A DNA stretch of 61,489 bases, the filler included. It is 6 parts of 6 records of this genome, joined end to end, with 100 filler letters (N's around TTAATTAATTAA, not from the genome) between each part and the next. Parts side by side here need not be neighbours in the genome. Positions count along the whole stretch, not along the records: positions 36,127 to 61,489 come from SRR31156797_17772; 5 more parts are not named here. One strand, written 5' to 3'. Numbering within the stretch: the stretch's first letter is position 1; the number at the start of each line of letters is the position of its first letter. The notes below the pieces were generated by a model. It worked only from the letters and a program-made list of their open reading frames with translations, was not told the DNA's origin and did no database searches. The position numbers were made by a program, and so were the translations under genes. Shown here one piece after another: positions 40,140 to 50,201 of this stretch.

Positions 40140-41688
40140 AATGATTAAAAACGCAGCGGGTAGGATGATCCCTCAGAAAATAAATGGAGAATTAGTGATT
40201 CCTTTTAAAGGTATAGGTGTTCATAAACCAAAAGCACACAAATACAATTCTCAAATTTCGGTAAATAGTGAATATCCATTAAATGGAGATAAAAGGATTG
40301 GTTCATTAAGAGAAACGTTGATAAAAGCAGGCTTAAGAGATGGAATAACCATTTCAACCCATCATCATTTCCGAAATGGGGATTTGGTGGCTAATAAAGT
40401 GTTTGATATTGCAAATGAATTAGGAATTAAAGACCTTATCTGGTTTCCGTCAGCTTCTTTTCCGTGTCATGAACATTTGATTCCTTATCTTGAAAATGGA
40501 ACCATTGCAGGAATTGAAGGAAGTATGAATGGTCCTTTGGGAAAATTCTGTTCAGAGGGAAAAATGAAAAGAACGGCTGTTTTGCGATCTCATGGTGGAA
40601 GGTATCAGGCATTGCAAGATGGAGAAGTAAAGGTTGATATTGCTGTGATTGGAGCTGCATGTGCGGATCCATTCGGAAATGCGAATGGTTTGGAAGGGCA
40701 ATCAGCCTCAGGATTATTAGGTTTTGCTTTGGGAGATTCTCAATTTGCAGATAAAGTAATAGTCGTTACAGATAATATGGTGTCATTTCCTTGTATTCCT
40801 TGGCAAATTCAAGGCAATTATGTCGATTTTACTGTAGAGATGGATAAAATTGGTATTCCTGAAAAAATTATATCTGGAACAACACAAGTAACCAAAAGTC
40901 CAGATCGACTGCATATTGCAGAACTTACGGCTAAATTTTGTGATGAAGTGGGTATAATAAAAGATGGATTTTCATTTCAGGCAGGAGCAGGAGGTACCTC
41001 TTTGGCTATTGGGAATTACTTTGCACAAATCATGAAAAGCAAAGGTGTTAAGGCGCGATTTGCACGTGGAGGTAGCAATCAATATCTCGTGAAAATGCTG
41101 GAAGATGGTTTGGTAGATTATATTCTTGATGGTCAAACTTTCGATTTGGAAGGAGTTAGATCTATGAGAGAAAATCCAAATCATGTGTGGACGAGCCCGT
41201 TTACCAGTTACAATTATCATGGTAAGGGGAATTTTGCTAGTATGATTGATGTTGTTGTCTTGGGAGCAACAGAGGTGGATCTTGATTTTAACGCCAATGT
41301 TGTAACACACTCAGATGGTTATCTTCTTCATGGAATTGGTGGTTGGCAGAATTGCTTGTTCGGAAAAACCGTGATATTGCCTATTCCGTTATTTCGTAAT
41401 CGGATTCCAATAATAAGAGACAAGGTAACTACTTTGTGTGGTCCGGGAGAGCTTATTGATGTAATTGTAACCGAAAGAGGGATCGCTATCAATCCATTGA
41501 GAAAAGACTTAATTGAGAAATTAAAAGGAAGTAAATTACCGATTAAAACACTCGAGGAATTAAAAGAAGAAGCGGAAGAAATTTGTGGAATTCCCGAGGA
41601 TATTGTAGTTGCTGATGAAATTGTAGCTGCTATAAAGTGGGTTGATGGAACGGTATTAGATGTTGTGTATAGGGTTTGTGTAAAATAA
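40129..41688 (+). CDS. citF: Citrate lyase alpha subunit (CoA/ACP transferase)
   Basis: GLRDGITISTHHHFRNGD, RSHGGR, FSFQAGAGG, DGQTFD, IDVIVTERGIAINP and DGTVLDVV. Confidence 0.92.
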   Translation: MTVKMIKNAAGRMIPQKINGELVIPFKGIGVHKPKAHKYNSQISVNSEYPLNGDKRIGSLRETLIKAGLRDGITISTHHHFRNGDLVANKVFDIANELGIKDLIWFPSASFPCHEHLIPYLENGTIAGIEGSMNGPLGKFCSEGKMKRTAVLRSHGGRYQALQDGEVKVDIAVIGAACADPFGNANGLEGQSASGLLGFALGDSQFADKVIVVTDNMVSFPCIPWQIQGNYVDFTVEMDKIGIPEKIISGTTQVTKSPDRLHIAELTAKFCDEVGIIKDGFSFQAGAGGTSLAIGNYFAQIMKSKGVKARFARGGSNQYLVKMLEDGLVDYILDGQTFDLEGVRSMRENPNHVWTSPFTSYNYHGKGNFASMIDVVVLGATEVDLDFNANVVTHSDGYLLHGIGGWQNCLFGKTVILPIPLFRNRIPIIRDKVTTLCGPGELIDVIVTERGIAINPLRKDLIEKLKGSKLPIKTLEELKEEAEEICGIPEDIVVADEIVAAIKWVDGTVLDVVYRVCVK

Positions 41689-41721
41689 AAAAAAGCTCCG
41701 GATTTTCCGAAGCTTACTATC

Positions 41722-41943
41722 TTACCAAAGTTTAAATTTACTTGCTGAACTAGTCTCTTTACTTACAACCTTAGGAATCTCAGCATCTAAAATGCTATTT
41801 ATATAAGGCATACATTTCCCGCATCCGGTATTGGCCCCAGTATATCTTCGAATTTCTTCTATTGTAGTTGCATTTTTATCATGAATTGCTTTGTCTATGG
41901 ATTTTCTGTCTACCATTTGACAGTTACAAACTATATCTCTCAT
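41722..41943 (-). CDS. BFD-like [2Fe-2S] protein
   Basis: IVCNC...TGANTGCGKC. Confidence 0.88.
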   Translation of the reverse strand: MRDIVCNCQMVDRKSIDKAIHDKNATTIEEIRRYTGANTGCGKCMPYINSILDAEIPKVVSKETSSASKFKLW

Positions 41944-42020
41944 TGTTTATTTAATTTTATCGAATTTTATGCTGTAAATATATATATTCTTCCATATAAA
42001 ACAGTTCGATTTAGAAAATA

Positions 42021-42039
42021 AATTTGAATGATTCTAAAT
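42021..42039. promoter_or_regulatory. Fur-like box upstream of the BFD gene
   Basis: AATTTGAATGATTCTAAAT, near-palindromic and similar to the site upstream of sdhC. Confidence 0.55.
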
Positions 42040-42060
42040 AAGGAGGTGTTGTGTCTTGAT

Positions 42061-42840
42061 TTATAGCTTGTTTTCAAGGAATATTTTCATCTGGCGATAC
42101 ATATCGATAACAGAATCTTTCTTAGGAAGTGTATCGTAAATTAATTTTAGATATGTTTTTTCACTAACTATTTTAAAGCTTTGTTTTAGATTTAAATCAA
42201 ATATCCAGGACATTTGTTGAAGTTTAAGATCATTCAAGGTTAAAACGTCCTTGTAATCTACCACTTTTTCATCCATTATCGATTTGAAAACCTTTTTGGA
42301 GATGTCAGGCTTATCAGCTAATTCCATTTCCAATCTTTTGTTCGAACCTGGTTTGTAATTCGAATAGTATTTCGAAACAATATTTAAAATGTCAATTCGG
42401 TCTGCTTCACGAATTAATTGGATAAAAATGCGATTCTTTTCATCCATTGATTTTGGAATTTCACTGCCAGTATGGTATTTAATACAATCTAAAATGATTT
42501 CAAGTTCTTCATCACTTATTAAAGAGATAAATTCTTGCTCCTTAATAAATGCGATACCAAGATCAATATGATTAATTTGATCTGTGTCAGCAAAAGTGTT
42601 GTATTTTAATAATTGTTCGAATCTTCCTGCATCATGAAGAATTGCTGCCGACTTAGCCAAAAGAATATCAACTTCACTCATATCAATTGTTAAAGCTAAG
42701 GCTTCAATAATCTTGGTTGTGTTGAATGAATGATTTTTTTTCAGGTCGAGGTTTACTTGAATTTCTTCCGTATCGCAAACTAGGCTTTCGGTATATTTCT
42801 CAAACCACGATACTATATTTTCGTAATTTTCTTGATTCAC
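42061..42840 (-). CDS. HD domain protein
   Basis: KKNHS, ILHDAGRFEQ, H..LG and READRIDI; start placed at a GTG. Confidence 0.85.
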   Translation of the reverse strand: MNQENYENIVSWFEKYTESLVCDTEEIQVNLDLKKNHSFNTTKIIEALALTIDMSEVDILLAKSAAILHDAGRFEQLLKYNTFADTDQINHIDLGIAFIKEQEFISLISDEELEIILDCIKYHTGSEIPKSMDEKNRIFIQLIREADRIDILNIVSKYYSNYKPGSNKRLEMELADKPDISKKVFKSIMDEKVVDYKDVLTLNDLKLQQMSWIFDLNLKQSFKIVSEKTYLKLIYDTLPKKDSVIDMYRQMKIFLENKL

Positions 42841-43004
42841 ATTCTTAAAATTAAAATAGCGTACAAAACTACACTTTTTGCGCTCAAACAAAAAGAATAT
42901 TCATCCTGTTTGCCTCTTGAATGTCGCATTAATTAAGGGAAAATGACAAAAGTATGCTGGGGTATGTTCAGATGATGATTTTATATGACTAATTGAATTT
43001 AATA

Positions 43005-43035
43005 AAAATGCGATTCAGTTTCTGAATCGCATTTT
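43005..43035 (-). terminator. Terminator of pepD
   Basis: AAAATGCGATTCAG-TTT-CTGAATCGCATTTT. Confidence 0.85.
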
Positions 43036-43058
43036 AGCCTTGTCATAATTGATGACAA

Positions 43059-44522
43059 TTAATTATTTGGTATGTTTTGAAGAATATCGACAAGATGTTT
43101 CCAAAATTTATCAACTGTTTCGATATTAATACGCTCGTCAGGAGAATGTACATCTCTTAATGTTGGTCCAAAAGAAATCATATCCATTTCAGGATATTTT
43201 TCTAAAAATAATCCACACTCAAGACCTGCATGAATAGAGCGAACTATTGGTTTCACTTCAAATAATCTTTCGTAAGATTCTGCAGCAACGGTTAAAATTT
43301 CAGAATTTGGATTAGGTGCCCAACCTGGATAACCATCGGTATGTTCAATTTTTGCTCCACCCATTGTTAATGCACTACCAACCATTTGAGCAATATTGTA
43401 CTTTTCGCTATCAACATCACTTCTTTGCGATGTGGTAATTAAGATGTTTTCACCCTCTGTAAATTTAACAGAAGCTAAATTCGTTGAAGTTTCAACCATT
43501 CCAGGCATTTTGGAACTCATAGTAAAAACACCATGTGGACAAGCGTAAAGTGCATCAAATAGATTATTACTTGTTTGGCGATCGATAACGAAATCTGGTT
43601 TATCTACAGATTCTAATGTGATTTTTAGTTTCGGTTCGTTAATATCCCAAACTTGCTCCATTTCTGCAGCATATATATTAAGATCAACTCTTACATTTTC
43701 TTTAAACTCACTTGGTAGTGTAATTACAGCAAATGCTTCTCTTGGGATTGCATTTCGTAGGTTTCCACCATTAAAATTACTAAGTCTGATATCGTACTTC
43801 TTGTTTATCTGCCAAAGAAAACGGTTTAATATTTTATTGGAGTTACCACGTCCTTTATTGATTTCATCTCCAGAGTGACCACCAAGTAAACCTTTTACAT
43901 CAATTCTAATGGCAAAATGCCCTGCAGGAATCTCTTCTTTTTGGTATTCCATTGTTGCCAATGTATCGATACCGCCTGCACAACCAATAAAAAGTTCACC
44001 TTCGTCTTCAGAATCCAGATTTAGTAGAATTTTTCCATCGAAGAAGCCTGGTTGTAACGCAAAGGCTCCGGATAAACCAGTTTCTTCATCTACAGTGAAC
44101 AAACATTCAATAGGTCCATGTTCGATATTGCTAGATGTAAGTAAAGCCATTTCCGCAGCCATACCAATTCCATCATCTGCACCAAGAGTAGTTCCTTTTG
44201 CTTTTACCCAGCCATTATCAATCCAAGGAATAATTGCATCAGTATCAAAATTGTGTTTGGTTTCATTGTTCTTTTCACATACCATATCCATGTGAGACTG
44301 TAGAACAACTGTTTTTAGGTTTTCTTTCCCTGTAGTTGCAGGTTTCTTTATAAGAACATTGCCAATTTCATCTTTTTTGGTTTCCAAATTGTTCTTTTTT
44401 CCGAATTTAATAAGGAATTCAATTATTTGATCTTCTTTTTTCGAAGGACGAGGGATTTGACAAATATCCTCGAAGTGTCTCCAAACCTCCGCAGGTTGAA
44501 GAGTGTCTAGTATTTTTTTCAT
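43059..44522 (-). CDS. pepD: Aminoacyl-histidine dipeptidase (M20)
   Basis: IPRPSKKE, LQSHMDMV, TTLGADDGIG, TVDEETG, IHAGLECG and HSPDE; -7 element TACATTTG at 44539-44546. Confidence 0.95.
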   Translation of the reverse strand: MKKILDTLQPAEVWRHFEDICQIPRPSKKEDQIIEFLIKFGKKNNLETKKDEIGNVLIKKPATTGKENLKTVVLQSHMDMVCEKNNETKHNFDTDAIIPWIDNGWVKAKGTTLGADDGIGMAAEMALLTSSNIEHGPIECLFTVDEETGLSGAFALQPGFFDGKILLNLDSEDEGELFIGCAGGIDTLATMEYQKEEIPAGHFAIRIDVKGLLGGHSGDEINKGRGNSNKILNRFLWQINKKYDIRLSNFNGGNLRNAIPREAFAVITLPSEFKENVRVDLNIYAAEMEQVWDINEPKLKITLESVDKPDFVIDRQTSNNLFDALYACPHGVFTMSSKMPGMVETSTNLASVKFTEGENILITTSQRSDVDSEKYNIAQMVGSALTMGGAKIEHTDGYPGWAPNPNSEILTVAAESYERLFEVKPIVRSIHAGLECGLFLEKYPEMDMISFGPTLRDVHSPDERINIETVDKFWKHLVDILQNIPNN

Positions 44523-44934
44523 TGTTGTTTATTTTTTTCAAATGTAATAAATATTGGATAGTAATTTATAAGTGTGATTTCGTAATTAATTAGGAGTTTA
44601 CTAGTAAATGAACGGAAAGTAGAATTTTTTAAAAAAAATATGATGTCTTTTCTAAAGTAATTAATTGTCCTTAATTAAGTAGTAGTGGTATCCAAAGATA
44701 TCTTCTATTGGTTTGATCTTTAATTCTTACCTGAATACCAACAAGTGATTTTGAATTTTGATTTTTTTATTCAAAAAAAAAAAAACACTTATTAGCTGAC
44801 AAAAGTCATGGTGAAAAATAACGTTAAAAGTGTGTTAATTTTTGTTAAAAGCCCCAAAAATACTATTTTTAACCTCAAGAATTACCATTAACCATTTTGC
44901 ATCTTTACTTAATTACTAACTAAAAAGTTTTTTT

Positions 44935-47900
44935 ATGAAAAAAATTATTGGACTATTTGTTCTTCTCATATTTATGGGAATGCAAATAGTAAATGCGCAA
45001 AGCAAGCAAATTACTGGTACTGTAACAAGTGCTGAAGATGGTCTGGGGATGCCCGGAGTATCTGTTGTTATTAAAGGTACTACCGTTGGTGCCAGTACAA
45101 ATATTGATGGTCAATTTTCTATTGAAGCTGCAGCGTCAGATATCCTGATGTTTAGTTTTGTGGGAATGGTTCCTCAAGAAATTACTGTTGGTGACCAAAC
45201 TGTCATTAATGTAGTATTAGAAACTGAATCTATAGGTATGGATGAAGTTATTGTAACTGCATTAGGTGTAACTAGAGAGAAGAAGGCTCTTGGTTATGCA
45301 GTGCAGGAAGTTGGAGCTGATGACTTGAATAAAGTGAAACAAACAGATGCGATTAGTGCACTTTCTGGGAAAGTTTCAGGTGTTCAGGTTTCTACATCCT
45401 CTAATTTTGCTGGATCAAAAAGAATTTTGATTCGTGGAGCAAATTCTATTTTTGGAGGTAACCAGCCTTTGATCGTATTGGACGGTATTCCAATGGATAA
45501 CTCGAACTTTAATTCAACTAGTGCCCAAGCTGGTTTTGGTGGAGTTGACTATGGTAACATGATGAATGATATCAACCCTGATGATATCGAAAGCATGTCT
45601 GTACTTAAAGGACCTGCTGCCGCGATTTATGGATCTCGTGCATCAAATGGTGTTATTATTATCAATACTAAGAAAGCAAAAGCTGGTAAGGATGATGTTA
45701 AAGTTGATTTTAGTTCATCTGTAACTATTGAAAGAGTAGCAGAACTTCCAGAATTACAAAGACGTTATGGTGGTGGTGCTATTATTGATGATTCTGATGG
45801 TGGTGTTAACGGTTTCGAGCAAGTTAGCATTGAAGGAACAAATTACTTAGTTCCTCAATACGCAGTAGATGAGTCGTGGGGACCAGCTTATGATCCAAGT
45901 CTTCAAGTTTTACATTGGGATGCATTTGATCAGGAAAGTTATCCAAATGATTATCTAAAGCCTCGTTCATGGACTGCTCCTAAAAACGATGTTGAAGAAT
46001 TCTTTGAAACAGGTGTTTCATATGTAAACTCATTAGCTGTTTCAAGAACAGGAAAAGATTACGGTGTACGTTTTTCTTATACAAACACTCATAATGAAGG
46101 TATCGTTCCTAATTCAAAGTACGATAAGCATAACTTTACAGTTTCTGGTAACACTAAGTTTTTAGATAAGTTTACTGTTAATGGAGCTATTAATTATGTG
46201 CGTTCTGAAACTTATGGTCGTCCTACTTTCGGTTATACAGATAACAGTTTCTCTCAGAAGTTTTTTCAGTGGGGACAGCGTCAGTTAGACATGAAGCGTT
46301 TGAGTAATTATAAGAACAATGATGGAACTCAAAGAACATGGAACCGTAGAGCATGGAATAATCCTAATCCTAAGTATGCTGATAACCCATATTGGATCGT
46401 AAATGAGAATATTACTGATGACGAGCGTGATCGCTTCTTCGGAAATATTAGTATCGATTACAAAATTATGGATGGTTTAGTAGCTAAGGCTAGTGTTTAT
46501 GGTGATACATATACTTTCTCAATGAGAGAGAGAACTGCAGTGGGATCTAATTCTACTCCAAGTTACTACGAAGCAAAGCGTATTAACTCTGAGTTCAACT
46601 ATGAATTTACTTTAAGCTATAACAAGCGATTTAACGAAGACTTTAATATTACGGCAATGGCTGGTGCTAATGCACGTAGAGAAAGGTATGATTTCTTAAG
46701 AGGTCAAACTTCTGGTGGTCTTGTTGTTCCTGGTATTTACAATTTAGGTAATTCAGTTGGAAATGTTTCAACAAACGATATCACAACTGAAAAATATACA
46801 AACTCTGTATTTGGTAGTGCTTCATTCGGATTTAAGAATTTTTGGTTTATTGATGTAACAGCTAGAAATGACTGGTCTTCAGCTCTTCCAGATGATAATA
46901 ATTCATATTTCTATCCATCTGTTTCATCAAGTTTTGTTTTCTCGGAATTAATAGAGGAAGCGACTTGGTTAGATTATGGTAAGTTTCGTTTAGGTTGGGC
47001 ACAAGTTGGTAATGATACTGGTGCTTATAGAGTTTTTAGTACTTATGAAAGTTATGGTGATGGTCCATTCCAGGGAGCTCCTGGTTATGCTGTTCCAACT
47101 ACAAAATTAAATGAGAACTTAAAGCCTGAAGAAACAACTTCTTATGAGATTGGTATGGAATTAAGTTTCTTCCAGAGTAGATTTGGAATTGATGCGACTT
47201 ATTTCAACAATGTGACTAAGGATCAGATTATTCCTCTAGATGTATCATCTTCAACTGGATATAATAACAAGTATATTAATGCAGGTGAAATGGAGAACAA
47301 GGGTATTGAGTTAACTCTTAAAGGTACACCTATTAAAACAGCTGATTTCTCTTGGGATATCAATGTTAACTATACTAAAGTTAATAATGAATTAACTGAA
47401 CTTATTGACGGTATTTCTACTTTGGATATTCAGAGAGCTCCTTTTAGTGGTGCTTATTTGAGAGCAAGTGTTGGTGATACTTACGGTATGCTATGGGGAT
47501 ATGATTATATCAAAGATAATCAAGGTAATAAAGTAGTTGGCGATAATGGTCATTATTTGGCTACTGATAACTTGGTTCCTATTGGATCTGTGTTACCAGA
47601 TTATAATGTAGGTATTCGTAATGCAATGACTTACAAGAATTTTGATTTTAGTTTCTTATTTGATATCCAAAAAGGCGGAAAATTCTTCTCATTATCACAC
47701 ATGTGGGGAATGTACTCAGGTATGTTAGAAGCAACTGCACAAACTAATGATCGTGGTGGAAATATACGTGAATCAGTTTCTGCTAATGGAGGTATTAAAT
47801 TAAATGCTGTTAAAGGTACTGTTACTTACGATGCTGATGGAAATTATACTGTGTCGAATACATCTGAGAATGATACTTATGTAAGTGGTTCAGGTTGGGC

Positions 47901-48192
47901 TGCAAGACATTACCATGGTTATGGTACTCCAAGTGCTCAGAATATTTTCGATGCTGATTACATCAAACTTAGAGAGATCACATTAGGATATAATTTCCCT
48001 AAATCAATGATCGGACCTCTTCGTTCGTTAAGACTTTCTCTATTCGGTAAAAACCTTTGGACTGGTGGTTTAGATAAAAAAGGATTTGATCCTGAGGCTG
48101 CAGTTGGTGGTTCTGGAAATATTCAAGGTATTGAAGGTGGTTTCAATCCAAATACAAAGAGCTTCGGATTTAACTTGCAATTAGGGTTTTAA
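44935..48192 (+). CDS. SusC/RagA family TonB-dependent transporter
   Basis: ITGTVT..DG..MPGVSV, EVIVTALG, INPDDIESMSVLKG..AAIYGSRASNGVI and LKPE; C-terminal Phe. Confidence 0.95.
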   Translation: MKKIIGLFVLLIFMGMQIVNAQSKQITGTVTSAEDGLGMPGVSVVIKGTTVGASTNIDGQFSIEAAASDILMFSFVGMVPQEITVGDQTVINVVLETESIGMDEVIVTALGVTREKKALGYAVQEVGADDLNKVKQTDAISALSGKVSGVQVSTSSNFAGSKRILIRGANSIFGGNQPLIVLDGIPMDNSNFNSTSAQAGFGGVDYGNMMNDINPDDIESMSVLKGPAAAIYGSRASNGVIIINTKKAKAGKDDVKVDFSSSVTIERVAELPELQRRYGGGAIIDDSDGGVNGFEQVSIEGTNYLVPQYAVDESWGPAYDPSLQVLHWDAFDQESYPNDYLKPRSWTAPKNDVEEFFETGVSYVNSLAVSRTGKDYGVRFSYTNTHNEGIVPNSKYDKHNFTVSGNTKFLDKFTVNGAINYVRSETYGRPTFGYTDNSFSQKFFQWGQRQLDMKRLSNYKNNDGTQRTWNRRAWNNPNPKYADNPYWIVNENITDDERDRFFGNISIDYKIMDGLVAKASVYGDTYTFSMRERTAVGSNSTPSYYEAKRINSEFNYEFTLSYNKRFNEDFNITAMAGANARRERYDFLRGQTSGGLVVPGIYNLGNSVGNVSTNDITTEKYTNSVFGSASFGFKNFWFIDVTARNDWSSALPDDNNSYFYPSVSSSFVFSELIEEATWLDYGKFRLGWAQVGNDTGAYRVFSTYESYGDGPFQGAPGYAVPTTKLNENLKPEETTSYEIGMELSFFQSRFGIDATYFNNVTKDQIIPLDVSSSTGYNNKYINAGEMENKGIELTLKGTPIKTADFSWDINVNYTKVNNELTELIDGISTLDIQRAPFSGAYLRASVGDTYGMLWGYDYIKDNQGNKVVGDNGHYLATDNLVPIGSVLPDYNVGIRNAMTYKNFDFSFLFDIQKGGKFFSLSHMWGMYSGMLEATAQTNDRGGNIRESVSANGGIKLNAVKGTVTYDADGNYTVSNTSENDTYVSGSGWAARHYHGYGTPSAQNIFDADYIKLREITLGYNFPKSMIGPLRSLRLSLFGKNLWTGGLDKKGFDPEAAVGGSGNIQGIEGGFNPNTKSFGFNLQLGF

Positions 48193-48210
48193 TAAAAAAA
48201 AGAAATTAAT

Positions 48211-49755
48211 ATGAAAAATAATATATTTTTAATGTTAGTACTACTGTTGTTTGTTGGCAGTGCTTGTGATACTAATTACAGGGGCAATCCCAACGAACCA
48301 GAAGTAGCACCGACTTATTCAATCTTTAACGCTGCGGTTAAAGAGATGATGGACGATACTCACGACGAATGGTTCCTTGGAAGATTTACTAATGGAACAA
48401 TGCAATATTGGGCACAAACTGAATATACTGAAGAAGATAGATATCAATATCGTGAATCAATGCGCGAGAATTTTGGTGATTTCTATTATAATTTAGAAAA
48501 TCTAAGACAAGTAATTTTATTAAACGAAGATCCAGCCACAGCAAATGAAATGTCTGCTTATGGAGCTAACGTGAATCAAGTTGCTACAGCTCGAATTATG
48601 ATGGCATGGGCCTTTAATTTAATGGCTGATACTTGGGGTGACGTACCTTATTGGTCATATTCAACAGTAAATGAAAGCTTTCAGGCTTTAATGATTAATG
48701 ATGATGTATTGAAGCCAGCTTATGCTGCTCAATCAGATATTTATCCTGATTTATTGAAGCAATTAGAAGAAGCTGCTGATATGATTGATGAGAGTGCTGA
48801 TGCTTGGACTATAGGTGATCCTATTTATAATGGAGATGCTGCACTTTGGAAAAAATTTGCTAATTCTCTTCGTTTAAGAATTGCTGTTAAGATTGAAGCT
48901 GTATACCCTGGTGCTACGGCTCATATTACAGATGCAATTGCTGATGGAGTTTTCACTTCTAATGCTGACAATGCGTTTATTACATATGAAAATAATGAGG
49001 CTAATGGTTCTCCATTCCAGATTGCTTTTGCTTCTCGTTCAGATTTTGCTGTATCAAATAGCTTTATGAACCTATTAGATGGTACTTCTGGAGGATTCGG
49101 TGCGGATCCTAGAATTTCTAAATATGCTCAACCTAATCAATTTGGTAACTATGTAGGTGTTCCTAATGGTGTTGAAAATGCGACATCTGTTGCATTTAAA
49201 TGGGAATCTCTTCCAGGCGTATCTATTATTGGTTTAGATAATACTGGTGCTCATGGATATACTGCTGCAACTCAAGCATTAATGAGTTACGCAGAGGTTG
49301 AGTTCTTAAAGTCAGAAGTTAATGGCTGGAGTCAAACTGAATATGAAGCTGGTGTTGCTGCTTCTATGGAAGAGTGGGGCGTTGATGCTGCTGATGTTAC
49401 TGCTTTTGTAGGTGCTTTACCTGCAGCAAGCGAGGAGAATGTATTGACTCAAAAGTATGTTGCATTATATATGCAAGCACATACAGCTTGGGCTGATTAT
49501 CGTAGAACTGGATTCCCAACTACTTTGACTATGCCAAATGATGCATACACTATGAATGTAGTGACGGATGATGCAGGAACTGTAACAACGTTTAATTACA
49601 CATTTGAGCCAATTCCAACTGTAACAGATCTTCCATTTAGAATGGAATATCCTAACAATGAATTTACTTTGAATGAAGTGAATTATAAAGCGGCAGTTGC
49701 ATTACTATCTGATGGTAATGAAATTACTTCTAAGCTTTGGTGGGATGTAAACTAA
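48211..49755 (+). CDS. SusD/RagB family lipoprotein
   Basis: Lipobox VGSAC; DTWGDVPY, WKKFANSLRLR, DPR, QKYVAL, RRTGFP and LWWD. Confidence 0.93.
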   Translation: MKNNIFLMLVLLLFVGSACDTNYRGNPNEPEVAPTYSIFNAAVKEMMDDTHDEWFLGRFTNGTMQYWAQTEYTEEDRYQYRESMRENFGDFYYNLENLRQVILLNEDPATANEMSAYGANVNQVATARIMMAWAFNLMADTWGDVPYWSYSTVNESFQALMINDDVLKPAYAAQSDIYPDLLKQLEEAADMIDESADAWTIGDPIYNGDAALWKKFANSLRLRIAVKIEAVYPGATAHITDAIADGVFTSNADNAFITYENNEANGSPFQIAFASRSDFAVSNSFMNLLDGTSGGFGADPRISKYAQPNQFGNYVGVPNGVENATSVAFKWESLPGVSIIGLDNTGAHGYTAATQALMSYAEVEFLKSEVNGWSQTEYEAGVAASMEEWGVDAADVTAFVGALPAASEENVLTQKYVALYMQAHTAWADYRRTGFPTTLTMPNDAYTMNVVTDDAGTVTTFNYTFEPIPTVTDLPFRMEYPNNEFTLNEVNYKAAVALLSDGNEITSKLWWDVN

Positions 49756-49777
49756 CATCTTATAAGAATAAAATATT

Positions 49778-49809
49778 AAGAGCTGGACCATGTGTTCAGC
49801 TCTTTTTTT
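49778..49809 (+). terminator. Terminator after susD
   Basis: AAGAGCTG...CAGCTCTTTTTTT. Confidence 0.85.
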
Positions 49810-50201
49810 ATCTGTTTTTTCGAAAAAATAAGACATTATTAGAATGATGTTAATTGAGTAATGAATCATTACTCTACTCCGCAATAATTGTAGAGGTTTA
49901 TAGCATGTAAATTTTATAAAGTTCAGATTCGATTTTGTGAAAATAGTAACGGCAACACCTATAAATTATAGGTCAATATTATTCGCAATCAACAATTACT
50001 TATAGAATATATTAGTATTGATTTAATTTTAAATCATTTTAAAAGTTAGAACACAAACCCATAATTATTGATCGTGATAAGGTAGTTTTAAAGTTTTTCC
50101 TAGGGATGTAAACTGAGATTTTAATATAAATTAGGAACCAAATGGTTCGTTAAGACTACTTTTCTAGCATATCAATAACTAATTAAGAGCAAATAAGTTT
50201 G

